A stretch of 50,703 nucleotides of DNA from the NCBI GenBank assembly GCA_905612265.1, contig CAJQRI010000002.1:1-50703 (forward strand). Reading direction: 5' to 3'. Each line of letters starts with the position of its first letter. The first letter of the stretch is position 1. This stretch comes from an uncultured Nitrospinota bacterium (GTDB taxonomy: Bacteria; Nitrospinota; Nitrospinia; Nitrospinales; VA-1). Below the pieces are notes generated by a model. The model made no database searches. It was not told the DNA's origin and was given only the letters and a program-made list of their open reading frames with translations. Shown here piece after piece: positions 1 through 9,136 of the stretch. Position numbers and translations under genes: made by a program.

Positions 1-2
1 TC

Positions 3-611
3 GCGATTAACGAAGAACTTGAGGAGAAAGACCAGATCACCAATGTAGTTTTTATGGGAATGGGCGAACCTCTCGATAATTATGTTCCGGTTGTCGATGC
101 ATTGCGTCTTATGATTTCTCCGGAAGCCATGAAAGTGTCAACTCGCAAGGTAACCGTTTCAACCTCTGGGTTGGTTGAAAAAATGAAAGCTTTTCAAGAG
201 GAAAATCTACATATAAATCTTGCCATTTCCCTCAACGCTTCCGACAATGTCACCCGTGATCGGTTAATGCCCATCAACAAAAAATATCCCATTGAAGTGT
301 TGATAGATTGCCTTAAAAAATACCCTTTGAAACCACAAAGAAGACACACTATCGAATATGTCCTTTTGGAGGGCATAAATGACTCTGATGATGATGCCCA
401 GAGGCTGGCAAAATGGTTGATAGGAGTTCCCTGCAAGATCAACCTGATTCCCTTTAACTCTTTTGACTCCTCTGAATATAGACCCCCCTCTGATCAGAGA
501 GTCTTGAAGTTTCAAAATTATTTGATCGAACAGAATTTTTCTGCCTTTGTTAGAAAAAACCGGGCTACAGACATACTCGGGGCCTGTGGACAACTTGCCA
601 GCCAAGTTTAA
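3..611 (+). CDS. rlmN: Dual-specificity RNA methyltransferase RlmN (radical SAM), 5'-truncated by window edge
   Basis: Frame is open from position 3 (AINEELEEKDQITNVVFMGMGEPL); hallmark motifs MGMGEP, VSTSG, LAISL, EYVLL, NLIPFN and C-terminal GACGQL. Confidence 0.95.
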   Translation, partial: AINEELEEKDQITNVVFMGMGEPLDNYVPVVDALRLMISPEAMKVSTRKVTVSTSGLVEKMKAFQEENLHINLAISLNASDNVTRDRLMPINKKYPIEVLIDCLKKYPLKPQRRHTIEYVLLEGINDSDDDAQRLAKWLIGVPCKINLIPFNSFDSSEYRPPSDQRVLKFQNYLIEQNFSAFVRKNRATDILGACGQLASQV

Positions 612-770
612 GGCTTACAGTTTTGTATAACTGGTTCTTCAATGAATTTATTTTCCAATTTCATATTTGAGTATCAGACTTACATTCCTCATCTCAGGAC
701 AATTCTTAATAACTCTATTTAATGTCCCGACCCTCCCCTTTATAAATATTGAATTCAAAAAAAATATTAA

Positions 771-799
771 TTGCATATATACTTAATTTTTTCTATAAT
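771..799 (+). promoter_or_regulatory. Sigma70-type promoter of exbB-exbD-exbD-tonB operon
   Basis: TTGCAT (771-776), 17-bp spacer, perfect TATAAT (794-799). Confidence 0.7.
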
Positions 800-807
800 C
801 AATGATC

Positions 808-827
808 GGTATTGATAATCATTTTCA
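808..827. promoter_or_regulatory. Fur box
   Basis: GGTATTGATAATCATTTTC (808-826) matches GATAATGATAATCATTATC at 16/19; the 7-1-7 core TGATAATCATTTTCA has one mismatch. It lies just after the predicted start site of an iron-uptake operon. Confidence 0.85.
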
Positions 828-939
828 AATATAAAAGGTTGATTTTATTCACCTTTCTTAATTAAGCAAGTTGAGAGAGGCTATCAATATTTGTGCTGAA
901 TCAAGAAACCAAAAAATTAACTAATAAAGGCAATGAAAA

Positions 940-1647
940 ATGATCGAAACTTTTTTGTCTGGAATTGAAATAATGGGAAAAGGGGGCGTTATGATGTACC
1001 CCATATTCCTTGCTTCTATAATAGCTTTTGCAATTATCATCGAAAGGTTGATTTTCTATAGAAATAGCAAAGAAAATCCAGATGAAATTCTTCAATCAAT
1101 CAAGGATTTGGTAAACAATAAGAATCCAAGAACACTTGATTCCAGCCAAATAAATGAAGGCCCTATCTCTCGAATGTTAGCAGTCGGTGTTCAAGCACAA
1201 AAAGATCCCCTGTGGAAACTTGAGGAAAAGTTGGCGATCAATGGTCGAGAAGAAATCCAAGGACTAAGAAAGAATCTCCGAGGCTTGGAAGTTATAGCCA
1301 CCATTTCTCCTCTTATGGGATTACTCGGCACCGTATTGGGAATGGTTAAAGCTTTTAACAAGGTAGCCCAATACAAAGGACAAGTTGACCCTAGCCTTTT
1401 GGCAGGTGGCATTTGGGAGGCTCTATTAACAACTGCTGCAGGGCTTGCCATAGCAATCCCAATAGTCATCATGCTCAATTATTTTGAACGAAAAGTAGAG
1501 TCTATTACCATCCTATTGGAGAAATACGGACAGTATTTGGTTCACCATCTTCATGAAGAGCAAGGAGAATCGCCGAGTGGTAACGGTGAAAGTCGAAGTA
1601 CCCCAAAGAAAGAAATTCCATCCGAATTGACAGAACAAAGGGTTTAG
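940..1647 (+). CDS. exbB: MotA/TolQ/ExbB proton channel protein
   Basis: GGVMMYPI, SPLMGLLGTVLGM, GIWEALLTTAAGLAIAIP motifs; upstream of two exbD genes and tonB. Confidence 0.93.
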   Translation: MIETFLSGIEIMGKGGVMMYPIFLASIIAFAIIIERLIFYRNSKENPDEILQSIKDLVNNKNPRTLDSSQINEGPISRMLAVGVQAQKDPLWKLEEKLAINGREEIQGLRKNLRGLEVIATISPLMGLLGTVLGMVKAFNKVAQYKGQVDPSLLAGGIWEALLTTAAGLAIAIPIVIMLNYFERKVESITILLEKYGQYLVHHLHEEQGESPSGNGESRSTPKKEIPSELTEQRV

Positions 1648-1664
1648 AAAAAAACACAACGTCT

Positions 1665-2057
1665 ATGCTGAATTTATCCCAAACAAATGTAAAACGTTAC
1701 GGGATTGATATGACTCCACTAATTGATGTAGTTTTCCTTCTCCTGATTTTTTTTATGCTCACTTTTGCGATACAAGGACAAGGATTAACTATCAGTCTTC
1801 CTCAAGGCGCAGAAACAGAACAGAAGAATACTGAGAAAGACCTCATCGTTAAGATCAATCAAGACGACAGCCTCCGCTTAAATGGTAAACATATAATGAT
1901 CGATTCTCTCAGAGATGCATTAGAAGAGCTTGTTCAAAGTAGGTCTAACAAATTAGTTATTATTGATTCTGGACCTAGAGTTAAATATGGACTTTTTGCC
2001 CAAGTTCTCGATATTTCACGCGAGGCAGGCGCAGAAAATTTTTCGATCATAAAGTAA
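1665..2057 (+). CDS. exbD: Biopolymer transport protein ExbD/TolR
   Basis: IDMTPLIDVVFLLLIFFM transmembrane motif with the conserved Asp. Confidence 0.93.
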   Translation: MLNLSQTNVKRYGIDMTPLIDVVFLLLIFFMLTFAIQGQGLTISLPQGAETEQKNTEKDLIVKINQDDSLRLNGKHIMIDSLRDALEELVQSRSNKLVIIDSGPRVKYGLFAQVLDISREAGAENFSIIK

Positions 2058-2464
2058 TGGTTAAATTTCAATATAAAGAAAAAATACCGTTCAAACTCGA
2101 TTTGATACCGATGATCAATATTGTTTTTCTATTGTTGATCTTTTTTATGCTGACAGCCACCACCCCTACAAAAGAAGGCAGGGAAGTAGACCTACCCAAA
2201 GCCAGGACTGCTGAGAAAAGCAATAAACAGTATTTCACGGTGACAATTGACAAGGTGGGTGCTCTACAACTAGATGGAAACGAAGTCACTCTTAAGACAT
2301 TGCAAGGTCAACTAGAAAGTAAAATAAGAGGACAAAAAAATACAGTAATTTCCATTCATGCAGATAAGGTAATTGAGTTTGAGCTTTTTGGTCAGGTGAT
2401 CGAACTTGCTAAGCAGGCAGGTGCTGAAGACTTCATACTTGCAACAGAACAGGCAATGCCCTAA
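2057..2464 (+). CDS. exbD: Second ExbD/TolR paralogue (TM Asp replaced by Asn)
   Basis: LDLIPMINIVFLLLIFFM, VDLPKA, IHADK motifs; start overlaps the previous stop (TAATG). Confidence 0.9.
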   Translation: MVKFQYKEKIPFKLDLIPMINIVFLLLIFFMLTATTPTKEGREVDLPKARTAEKSNKQYFTVTIDKVGALQLDGNEVTLKTLQGQLESKIRGQKNTVISIHADKVIEFELFGQVIELAKQAGAEDFILATEQAMP

Positions 2465-2490
2465 ACCAATAATAGATATTGAGCAAAATC

Positions 2491-3438
2491 ATGATTCAGA
2501 ATAAATCTACATTTTATTCCCTGGCCGGTTCCCTGGCGGTTAATATGATGATTACTATGGGAGCAGGAAGTTTTCTTATAAGTATCAATAAGAGTCTTGC
2601 TACACAAAAAACCTATAAACTCGAATTCGTAAAAAAGAAGACCCCTCCCCTGATCAAAAAGAAGAAAATCAATAAAGAGATCGTTCGCCAGGAGGTTAAA
2701 GTAGCTAGTCTACAGCCCAAAGCCGTGCCAATTATACAACCTAAAGTGACCGTCCGACAAACTAGCTCTTCACTTCCTTCTGTCTCAATCCCAAATTATG
2801 CGCCAAGACAGATTCAAACACAGAAAGTTCCTGCAATGCGATCGGCAGTTATTCACACTGTCAGGTCAACAATGAGTAGACGGGTTACCGCCAACATTCC
2901 CACGGCCAGATCTTTTGCATCTGTAAACAAAAAAACGTCACAAAACAGCATGAAAAAAATGGCTATGGTTAATAGCGCAAAACATATTAAAACTCATAAA
3001 ATACCGACACTAGTCGCACGGTTATCTGCCAACACATCAACTTCCAAGAGTTCAAAGGGTCGTGTTACTCCTGTACTAACTGGAATGAAACATGCTTCCG
3101 TATCTTTCCCAGTTAACCCCAGAGGAATACCAAACATAGTCGACAGTGGTGCTTTAAATGGTTATCTTGGGCAAATACAACGCATTATTGAAGGTGCCAA
3201 GGAGTATCCCGAAGCCTCACGTCGGGCAGGTCGAGAAGGTAAGGTAAAAGTCCAGTTCACCATTTTCAGGAATGGTGATGTGCGCAACATAAAATTGCTC
3301 ACACGAACACCCTTCCCAAACCTGAATCAAGAGGCCATTGATGCAGTTGAAAGATCCGCCCCTTTTTCGGGGTTTCCTGATAGTATGATGGAAAAATCTG
3401 TAAAAGTTATTCTGCCATTCAGGTTTGAGTTGCGATAA
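2491..3438 (+). CDS. tonB: Energy transducer TonB
   Basis: N-terminal anchor (SLAGSLAVN), long linker, C-terminal TonB domain YPEASRRAGREGKVKVQFTI...LNQEAIDAV...LPFRF. Start ATG 2491 (alternative TTG 2479). Confidence 0.88.
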   Translation: MIQNKSTFYSLAGSLAVNMMITMGAGSFLISINKSLATQKTYKLEFVKKKTPPLIKKKKINKEIVRQEVKVASLQPKAVPIIQPKVTVRQTSSSLPSVSIPNYAPRQIQTQKVPAMRSAVIHTVRSTMSRRVTANIPTARSFASVNKKTSQNSMKKMAMVNSAKHIKTHKIPTLVARLSANTSTSKSSKGRVTPVLTGMKHASVSFPVNPRGIPNIVDSGALNGYLGQIQRIIEGAKEYPEASRRAGREGKVKVQFTIFRNGDVRNIKLLTRTPFPNLNQEAIDAVERSAPFSGFPDSMMEKSVKVILPFRFELR

Positions 3439-3526
3439 ATTTTAGTATATAAAGTAAATAATATTAAAATTCTTCTTTACTATAAGTAAGCGAAATAAAT
3501 TCGATGGTTTACGAGGTTTAGTCCCT

Positions 3527-4255
3527 ATGAGATTCAGAAAAGTATCAGTCATGACAATGCTGGTCTTCCTCGTCAGCGCTCTACCTTGTATGGCTGAAGT
3601 GAATGAAATAGATTCTAACTTTGACGGTAAAATAGATCAGTGGCAGTATGTCGACTCTCAAGGAAGGGTCGAAAAAATAGAACACGATGGCGATTTTGAC
3701 GGTAAGGTAGACCAGAGAGAATTCTTTAAAGGTGAAAAGATTCTTGACCGAGTTGAATTCGACCGTAACAAAGATGGAAAAATGGATCACCTGCAATACT
3801 ATGCAAATGGTGGTAAGCTTTCTAGAGTTGAAAAATCAAGCAAGTATAACAACACGTACGACTGGAAAGAGTTTTTCAATCACACCGAGAAGTTAACGCA
3901 TATAGCTATCGATGAAAATGGTGACGGAAAAGCTGACACCACTCAATTTTATGATTCATCAAATAAGTTAACGCGCATAGATACGGATTCAAATCAGAAT
4001 GGCAAGATTGATCGTTGGAGCCATTTTCGTGGTAACTCAGTGTTAGATCGCACAGCCTTTGATACCAATGGAGATGGAAAAGCAGACCAGTGGCAGTTTT
4101 ATCATGATGACCAAAGCTTAAAAAAAACAGATTACGATACTAACAGTGACGGAAAGGCTGATCGTTGGGAACATTTCAATTCAATTGGTAAACTTGTAAA
4201 AACTGAACTGGATCGTAATTATGATGGTAAAATTGACATGACTCAGAAAAAATAA
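3527..4255 (+). CDS. Exported protein of nine 25-aa repeats carrying DxN/DxDG(K)xD metal-binding-like loops
   Basis: Signal peptide ending ALPCMA; repeats DSNFDGKID, DGDFDGKVD, DRNKDGKMD, (SSKYNNTYD degenerate), DENGDGKAD, DSNQNGKID, DTNGDGKAD, DTNSDGKAD, DRNYDGKID. Confidence 0.8.
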   Translation: MRFRKVSVMTMLVFLVSALPCMAEVNEIDSNFDGKIDQWQYVDSQGRVEKIEHDGDFDGKVDQREFFKGEKILDRVEFDRNKDGKMDHLQYYANGGKLSRVEKSSKYNNTYDWKEFFNHTEKLTHIAIDENGDGKADTTQFYDSSNKLTRIDTDSNQNGKIDRWSHFRGNSVLDRTAFDTNGDGKADQWQFYHDDQSLKKTDYDTNSDGKADRWEHFNSIGKLVKTELDRNYDGKIDMTQKK

Positions 4256-4436
4256 TCAAATATTTTATTTATTTGTTTTTTTACTCAATTGAGAATGAAA
4301 TTCAAAGTCTTAATAAAGCTTTATAGTATTGAATTCATTATCGTAGTTTCACCTAAGACGTACCTCAATTAGTCCTATAAATTTATAATAGTTATTCCCA
4401 TCTTTTATATATAAATCAATAATTGACAATAAACTG

Positions 4437-4479
4437 TTGACAAATAAACGTTTTACCTCTATTTTGATAACGAAAATCA
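4437..4479 (+). promoter_or_regulatory. Promoter of the TonB-dependent receptor with overlapping Fur-like box
   Basis: TTGACA (4437-4442), 17 bp, TATTTT (4460-4465); TGATAACGAAAATCA (4465-4479) has 3 mismatches to the Fur 7-1-7 core. Confidence 0.55.
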
Positions 4480-4551
4480 AAGTCGCTTGTAGTTTTTATT
4501 ATTTCAAAAAATACAGAACCATAAACTTCACTAATTAAGAGGAGATTTCGG

Positions 4552-6840
4552 ATGAAGTTAAGATTTAATAAAATTGGCCTGGCAGGGTTGCTTATGTTGG
4601 GATCCGTGTCCGCCGCATTTGCCGCTGATAAAGAAGTTCTTACTCCTTCCGAAGTATTAATGCAGGAGGTTTCAATTATTGGCTCGAAATTTAACATAAA
4701 AAATATTGCCGGTTCTGCCGCATACCTTGACGTACAGGATATTCGCGAGCACAATATTTCTGATATAAATCGTTTATTAAGACGTGTTCCAGGTGTCAAT
4801 TTACGTCAGGAAGATGGGTTTGGTTTGTTTCCAAATATATCCCTGCGTGGTGTAGACCCTGGGCGAAATAATAAAATAACAGTGATGGAGGATGGAGTTT
4901 TAACATCTCCTGCTCCCTACTCTGCTCCTTCAGCTTATTATTCCCCAACAACTGCTCGTATGTCCGGAGTCGAAGTTTTAAAGGGCTCCAGCCAAGTCAA
5001 GTATGGACCTCACACAACTGGTGGGGCTATTAACTTTCTTTCTACTCCAGTTCCTACGACTGAAAAATATTACACAAAGTCATCATTCGGAACATTCAAT
5101 GAAGTTCGTAATCATTCCTATTTTGGTAAAACGAACCAAACAGATTCAGGGAAATTCGGTTATTTACTTGAATATTACCAAAGAAGCAACACTGGCTTTA
5201 AGGTTACGGACACCAATCCTGCATCTGTTAATGACGAACATGAAGCAAATACTGGTTTTGATAAACAAGAACCCATGATCAAAATGTTTTGGGAACCTAA
5301 ATCAGATATGTATCAAAAGTTTGAATTTAAGATGGGTTACACAAACCTAGATGCAAACGAAACATATTCAGGACTTACCACCACTGATTTTAATAATTCT
5401 CCTAACCGCCGATATGTAGGGAGCCGGTTTGATGAAATCGAAACTACTCATTTCCGAACATATCTTCGTCATTCTGCGGAGATTAATAAAAAGACCAATC
5501 TAGTAACTACTGCTTATGGAAATACTTTCGGTAGAAACTGGTCAAAACTCGATAAAGCTGGTGGCAAAAATATTAGTCAAGCTCACTTTATACCTGGTGC
5601 TTTGGCGGTTCTTAAGGGGGAAGGAGCTGGTACCCTCAAAGTTAAAAATAATGCCCGAACCTATTATCTTTATGGAATCGATAGCAACTTAACTCATAAA
5701 ATGGATATGGGTGAAACAAAACATAAACTCGATATAGGGGTACGTGTTCACTATGATCAGATACGCCGACTTCAAAATTCCACCTCTTACAAACAAGATG
5801 CTAATGGGAATGTAACCTCAGCATCTACTACAAATTTGGGAGATGATGGTAATAAGCTGCAATCTACATACGCAACAACTATTAACGCTTCAGATGCAAT
5901 ACAAAATGGAAAATTCACTTTCACTCCGGGAGTAAGATTAGAGTACATAAATTCAAAATATATTCAATATAGTGAAGACACCCAAGTTGACCACAGCGTA
6001 ATTGTAGCTGAAGGAGCTCAAGACTGGATGGTTCTTGTGGGAGGTGGTAGCTTAAAATACGATATGTATGATGATGGAAATAAAGACATTGATCTATTCG
6101 GTTCAATCAACCGAGGGTTTTCTCCCCCTAGTCCTACTGGAGCCATTAAAAATGGATTGCGGGAAGAAAGTAGCATTGGTAGCGAATTAGGAGTTCGATA
6201 CAAAAATGCAAAAAAAGCATTCTCAGCCGAGGCAGTTTTATTTCATACAATAATTGATGATCTAATTGTTGTTGATTCAGTCGGGGGTTCAGGATCAGGT
6301 GACACTACAAACGCAGGAAAAGTTAGAACTCAAGGCATCGAACTTCAGGTAAACTATGATCCCGGATTGGCTAAAAACTGGTCATTTCAAATGCCTTTGT
6401 ATGTTGCGGCAACCTATACTGATGCAACTTTCAGGGAAGATATAAGTTCCACAGATGAGGAGTCGATTTTTGCCGGAGCAAAAAAAGGAAACGAACTTCC
6501 TTACATTGCAAACGAAGTTGTAAGCTTTGGCTTAGGATATATTTATAAAAAATTCTCAGCTAATTTAGATGCGAATTATACTGCCGCGGTTTGGGCCGAT
6601 GGCTCCAACAGGACAACCGAGGAGAACCCAGAAACAGGAAAAGCAGACTCGCGATTCGGAAAAATTGAAGACCAGTTTGTTGTAGATGCTAGTTTGGGTT
6701 GGCAGTTCAACAAGAACGTTCGAACGTTCTCGAGCTTTAAAAATATCTTTGATGATAAATACATGGTTTCTCGTCAACCTCTCGGACCTCGACCTGGGAT
6801 GCCATTCTCAATGATGGCAGGGTTAGAATTTAGCTTCTAA
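4552..6840 (+). CDS. TonB-dependent outer-membrane receptor, FecA-like (probable ferric-chelate uptake)
   Basis: AAGGAG RBS; signal peptide AAFA; TonB box EVSIIG; plug motifs LRRVPGV..EDGFGLFPNISLRG, EDGV, VEVLKGSSQVKYGPHTTGGAINF; C-terminal KNIFD..Y..GLEFSF. Confidence 0.93.
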   Translation: MKLRFNKIGLAGLLMLGSVSAAFAADKEVLTPSEVLMQEVSIIGSKFNIKNIAGSAAYLDVQDIREHNISDINRLLRRVPGVNLRQEDGFGLFPNISLRGVDPGRNNKITVMEDGVLTSPAPYSAPSAYYSPTTARMSGVEVLKGSSQVKYGPHTTGGAINFLSTPVPTTEKYYTKSSFGTFNEVRNHSYFGKTNQTDSGKFGYLLEYYQRSNTGFKVTDTNPASVNDEHEANTGFDKQEPMIKMFWEPKSDMYQKFEFKMGYTNLDANETYSGLTTTDFNNSPNRRYVGSRFDEIETTHFRTYLRHSAEINKKTNLVTTAYGNTFGRNWSKLDKAGGKNISQAHFIPGALAVLKGEGAGTLKVKNNARTYYLYGIDSNLTHKMDMGETKHKLDIGVRVHYDQIRRLQNSTSYKQDANGNVTSASTTNLGDDGNKLQSTYATTINASDAIQNGKFTFTPGVRLEYINSKYIQYSEDTQVDHSVIVAEGAQDWMVLVGGGSLKYDMYDDGNKDIDLFGSINRGFSPPSPTGAIKNGLREESSIGSELGVRYKNAKKAFSAEAVLFHTIIDDLIVVDSVGGSGSGDTTNAGKVRTQGIELQVNYDPGLAKNWSFQMPLYVAATYTDATFREDISSTDEESIFAGAKKGNELPYIANEVVSFGLGYIYKKFSANLDANYTAAVWADGSNRTTEENPETGKADSRFGKIEDQFVVDASLGWQFNKNVRTFSSFKNIFDDKYMVSRQPLGPRPGMPFSMMAGLEFSF

Positions 6841-6864
6841 TTCGAACTCAAGCACCAAATGTAA

Positions 6865-6947
6865 GCAAAAGGTCTCCTCCAAGAGCATCCTTTTTTGCAT
6901 GAATGTATAGAGTCAGGGATTGGGCTTTTGCTCAAAACCTGGCTCTA
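6865..6947 (+). terminator. Tandem hairpins downstream of the receptor (terminator or 3'-stabiliser)
   Basis: GCAAAAGG(6865-6872)...CCTTTTTTGC(6889-6898); then TAGAGTCAGG/CCTGGCTCTA enclosing TTGGGC-TTTT-GCTCAA (6908-6947). Confidence 0.45.
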
Positions 6948-7101
6948 CTCATTACCCTCCTAACTTCCTTTTGAAAAAAGATACCCAACGAATCAAACTA
7001 AATAATGTCTCAAGTTTCTCTTGAAGGTTAACTCAGCCATAGTAAAGTGAATATCATAAAGAAATCAACTTACCCTAAAGGCTAACAAGTGAAATATTAT
7101 C

Positions 7102-7878
7102 ATGATTATTGTAAGTCCTAAAACCTTGAAAATCTTTGCCTTTTCCCTCGCCTTCTTCATCACATCTTGTGCTGCTTTTAAGCCAGAAAAGACTTTTTCA
7201 AAGAACGGCTTGACGGTGACTTTCCGTAGCCTAAACGCTTTGGATGATATACAAAGCATCAAGTTCCTATACCCAATAATACTTTCGGAAAAACAGGTGC
7301 TCAACCACCTTTTATCTCTATGGCACCAAAGAATTGTCTCTCCGGGAAAACCCAAACCAGTGTTTTCCCTTGATGAAGTTGCCAAACTATCATCTCTTTT
7401 TAGTGCTGCACTAAAAAAAGTAGAGCCGACAAAGTACCTGAATTTTCAATTCAAATCTTCCAAAGGTCTAATTGAAGGGCAGGTTTTCGCTACTGCTAAA
7501 AAACTCCATTGGCGTTTTTTAAAAATAAATAATGAGGACTTCTCTAACGATCCTTTAAGGATTAGAAAGCCTTCATGGAAATTGGTTCGTATGCCTGGTC
7601 AGACATATCAAAAGTTACAATCCAGCAGTTTCATAAAAATATTTAAAAATAGAATTATAGCCAATATAAACCTTCCATTTCCAAAACAGCGATCTCAGTC
7701 TCGCCCGACAACCAGAACGTCCCAAAAAAAGGCCACTCAATCTGCAAGCGAAAAGCTGGAATTGAAAAGCAAGCTAGATGCTCTGAAAAAGTTTTTGGAC
7801 GTCGGTATTATTGAAAAAAATGAATATGAGAAAAAAAAAGAATCCCTAATGAAACAATATTTCAAGGTTCGTGATTAA
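7102..7878 (+). CDS. Hypothetical lipoprotein with C-terminal SHOCT-like domain
   Basis: Lipobox ITSC; C-terminus KLDALKKFLDVGIIEKNEYEKKKESLM fits the SHOCT pattern. Confidence 0.7.
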   Translation: MIIVSPKTLKIFAFSLAFFITSCAAFKPEKTFSKNGLTVTFRSLNALDDIQSIKFLYPIILSEKQVLNHLLSLWHQRIVSPGKPKPVFSLDEVAKLSSLFSAALKKVEPTKYLNFQFKSSKGLIEGQVFATAKKLHWRFLKINNEDFSNDPLRIRKPSWKLVRMPGQTYQKLQSSSFIKIFKNRIIANINLPFPKQRSQSRPTTRTSQKKATQSASEKLELKSKLDALKKFLDVGIIEKNEYEKKKESLMKQYFKVRD

Positions 7879-8101
7879 CAGTTTCCCCAACCTTTAGCCG
7901 GCTCCGGTATTTCTATTATCAGGTTCGATCCAAATCATTATACTTTTACAAATCCATTTTGTTCTAAAAGTCGTATTCCGTGTGTTAGAATGGCTTTTTT
8001 TGTAGAACACTGTAATTGGTTAATCTCTTATTCCCTCGAAGCGAGGCCTACCACAGTGAGGAAATTGAGCAAACCATTTTTTTATTACTCCCAATACTCC
8101 C

Positions 8102-8833
8102 ATGAACAGTCCTGACTTTCAAAACCTTGAGCTGTCTATTGTCATCCCTGTATATAATGAACGAGATAATCTGATTCCCCTTGAAGACAAGTTGGAGGCA
8201 GAGCTTACAAAGCTAAACAAGAGTTATGAAATCATTTTGATAGATGACGGAAGCAGCGATGGAAGTGCCCATTTGATAGAATCTATGCAAAAGCACAACC
8301 CACGCATCCGACTTATTCAGTTTGGCCACAACCATGGACAGTCAGCAGCATTTGCGGCTGGTTTTAAAACCGCAAAAGGAAAGATTTTTGTCACACTTGA
8401 TGCCGACTTACAGAACAACCCTGCCGACATCCCCTTGCTTCTTGAAGAGATGGAAAATTATGATGTGGTGTGTGGCTGGCGTCACAAGAGAAACGATCCA
8501 TGGATCAAAAGAGTCTCTTCAAAAATTGGCAATGCAGTCCGGAATAAATTGAGCGAAGAAGAAATTGCCGATACCGGTTGCTCATTGAAGGCGTTTCGTC
8601 GAGAGTGCTTCGATAATGTTAAGCTTTTCAAAGGAATGCATCGATTTTTTCCCACCTTGATGAAAATGGAAGGCTTTCGCGTTACTCAAGTCAAGGTCAG
8701 CCACCACCCAAGGCTTCATGGGGTTTCAAAATACAACATACGTAACCGTCTGGTTTCTTCTTTTCAGGATTTAATGGCCATCCGTTGGATGAAAAAGCGA
8801 CAGATTAATTATGATATTATCAAGGAGGATTGA
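8102..8833 (+). CDS. Glycosyltransferase family 2 (polyprenol-phosphate glycosyltransferase, ArnC/DPM-like)
   Basis: SIVIPVYNE, IDDGSSD, NHGQSAA, DADLQN, DTGCSLKAFR, MHRF motifs. Confidence 0.9.
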   Translation: MNSPDFQNLELSIVIPVYNERDNLIPLEDKLEAELTKLNKSYEIILIDDGSSDGSAHLIESMQKHNPRIRLIQFGHNHGQSAAFAAGFKTAKGKIFVTLDADLQNNPADIPLLLEEMENYDVVCGWRHKRNDPWIKRVSSKIGNAVRNKLSEEEIADTGCSLKAFRRECFDNVKLFKGMHRFFPTLMKMEGFRVTQVKVSHHPRLHGVSKYNIRNRLVSSFQDLMAIRWMKKRQINYDIIKED

Positions 8834-9136
8834 ATGACAACAAACCAATGGTTAATCATTGGGTTTGTGGGGCAAGCTCTTTTTGGTGCTCGTTTTATTA
8901 TCCAGTGGATTGTTTCCGAAAAGAAAGGTGAAAGCACCATTCCACTCTCCTTTTGGTACTGTAGTATTGGTGGCGCAATAGTGCTTTTGACTTATGCAAT
9001 CTATAAAGAGGACCCTGTTTTCATTGTGGGGCAAAGCTTGGGAAGCATCGTCTATGTCCGCAACCTGATACTCATCGATCGCAAACGAAAATCCATGGCA
9101 TCAATGGGAGCTGATAGTGAACAACTGGAAAATTAG
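8834..9136 (+). CDS. Lipid A biosynthesis N-terminal (LAB_N) domain membrane protein
   Basis: GFVGQALFGARFIIQWIVSEK..S.IP..FWY.S..G...LL.YA....DPVFIVGQ...YVRNL signature. Confidence 0.88.
   Translation: MTTNQWLIIGFVGQALFGARFIIQWIVSEKKGESTIPLSFWYCSIGGAIVLLTYAIYKEDPVFIVGQSLGSIVYVRNLILIDRKRKSMASMGADSEQLEN

Noticed and set aside
3599-4240. 75-bp periodicity with recurring GA(C/T)GG(A/T)AAA, superficially array-like
   Set aside because: It lies within an ORF and varies at synonymous positions; it is a protein repeat, not a CRISPR array or DNA repeat.
4290-4304. Third possible Fur box TGAGAATGAAATTCA
   Set aside because: Four mismatches to the 7-1-7 core in a very AT-rich spacer; could be chance.
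4416-4799. Antisense ORF over the receptor start, and the many other 60-150-aa antisense or alternate-frame ORFs in the track
   Set aside because: They overlap well-supported genes and show no RBS or recognisable motifs; treated as shadow ORFs.
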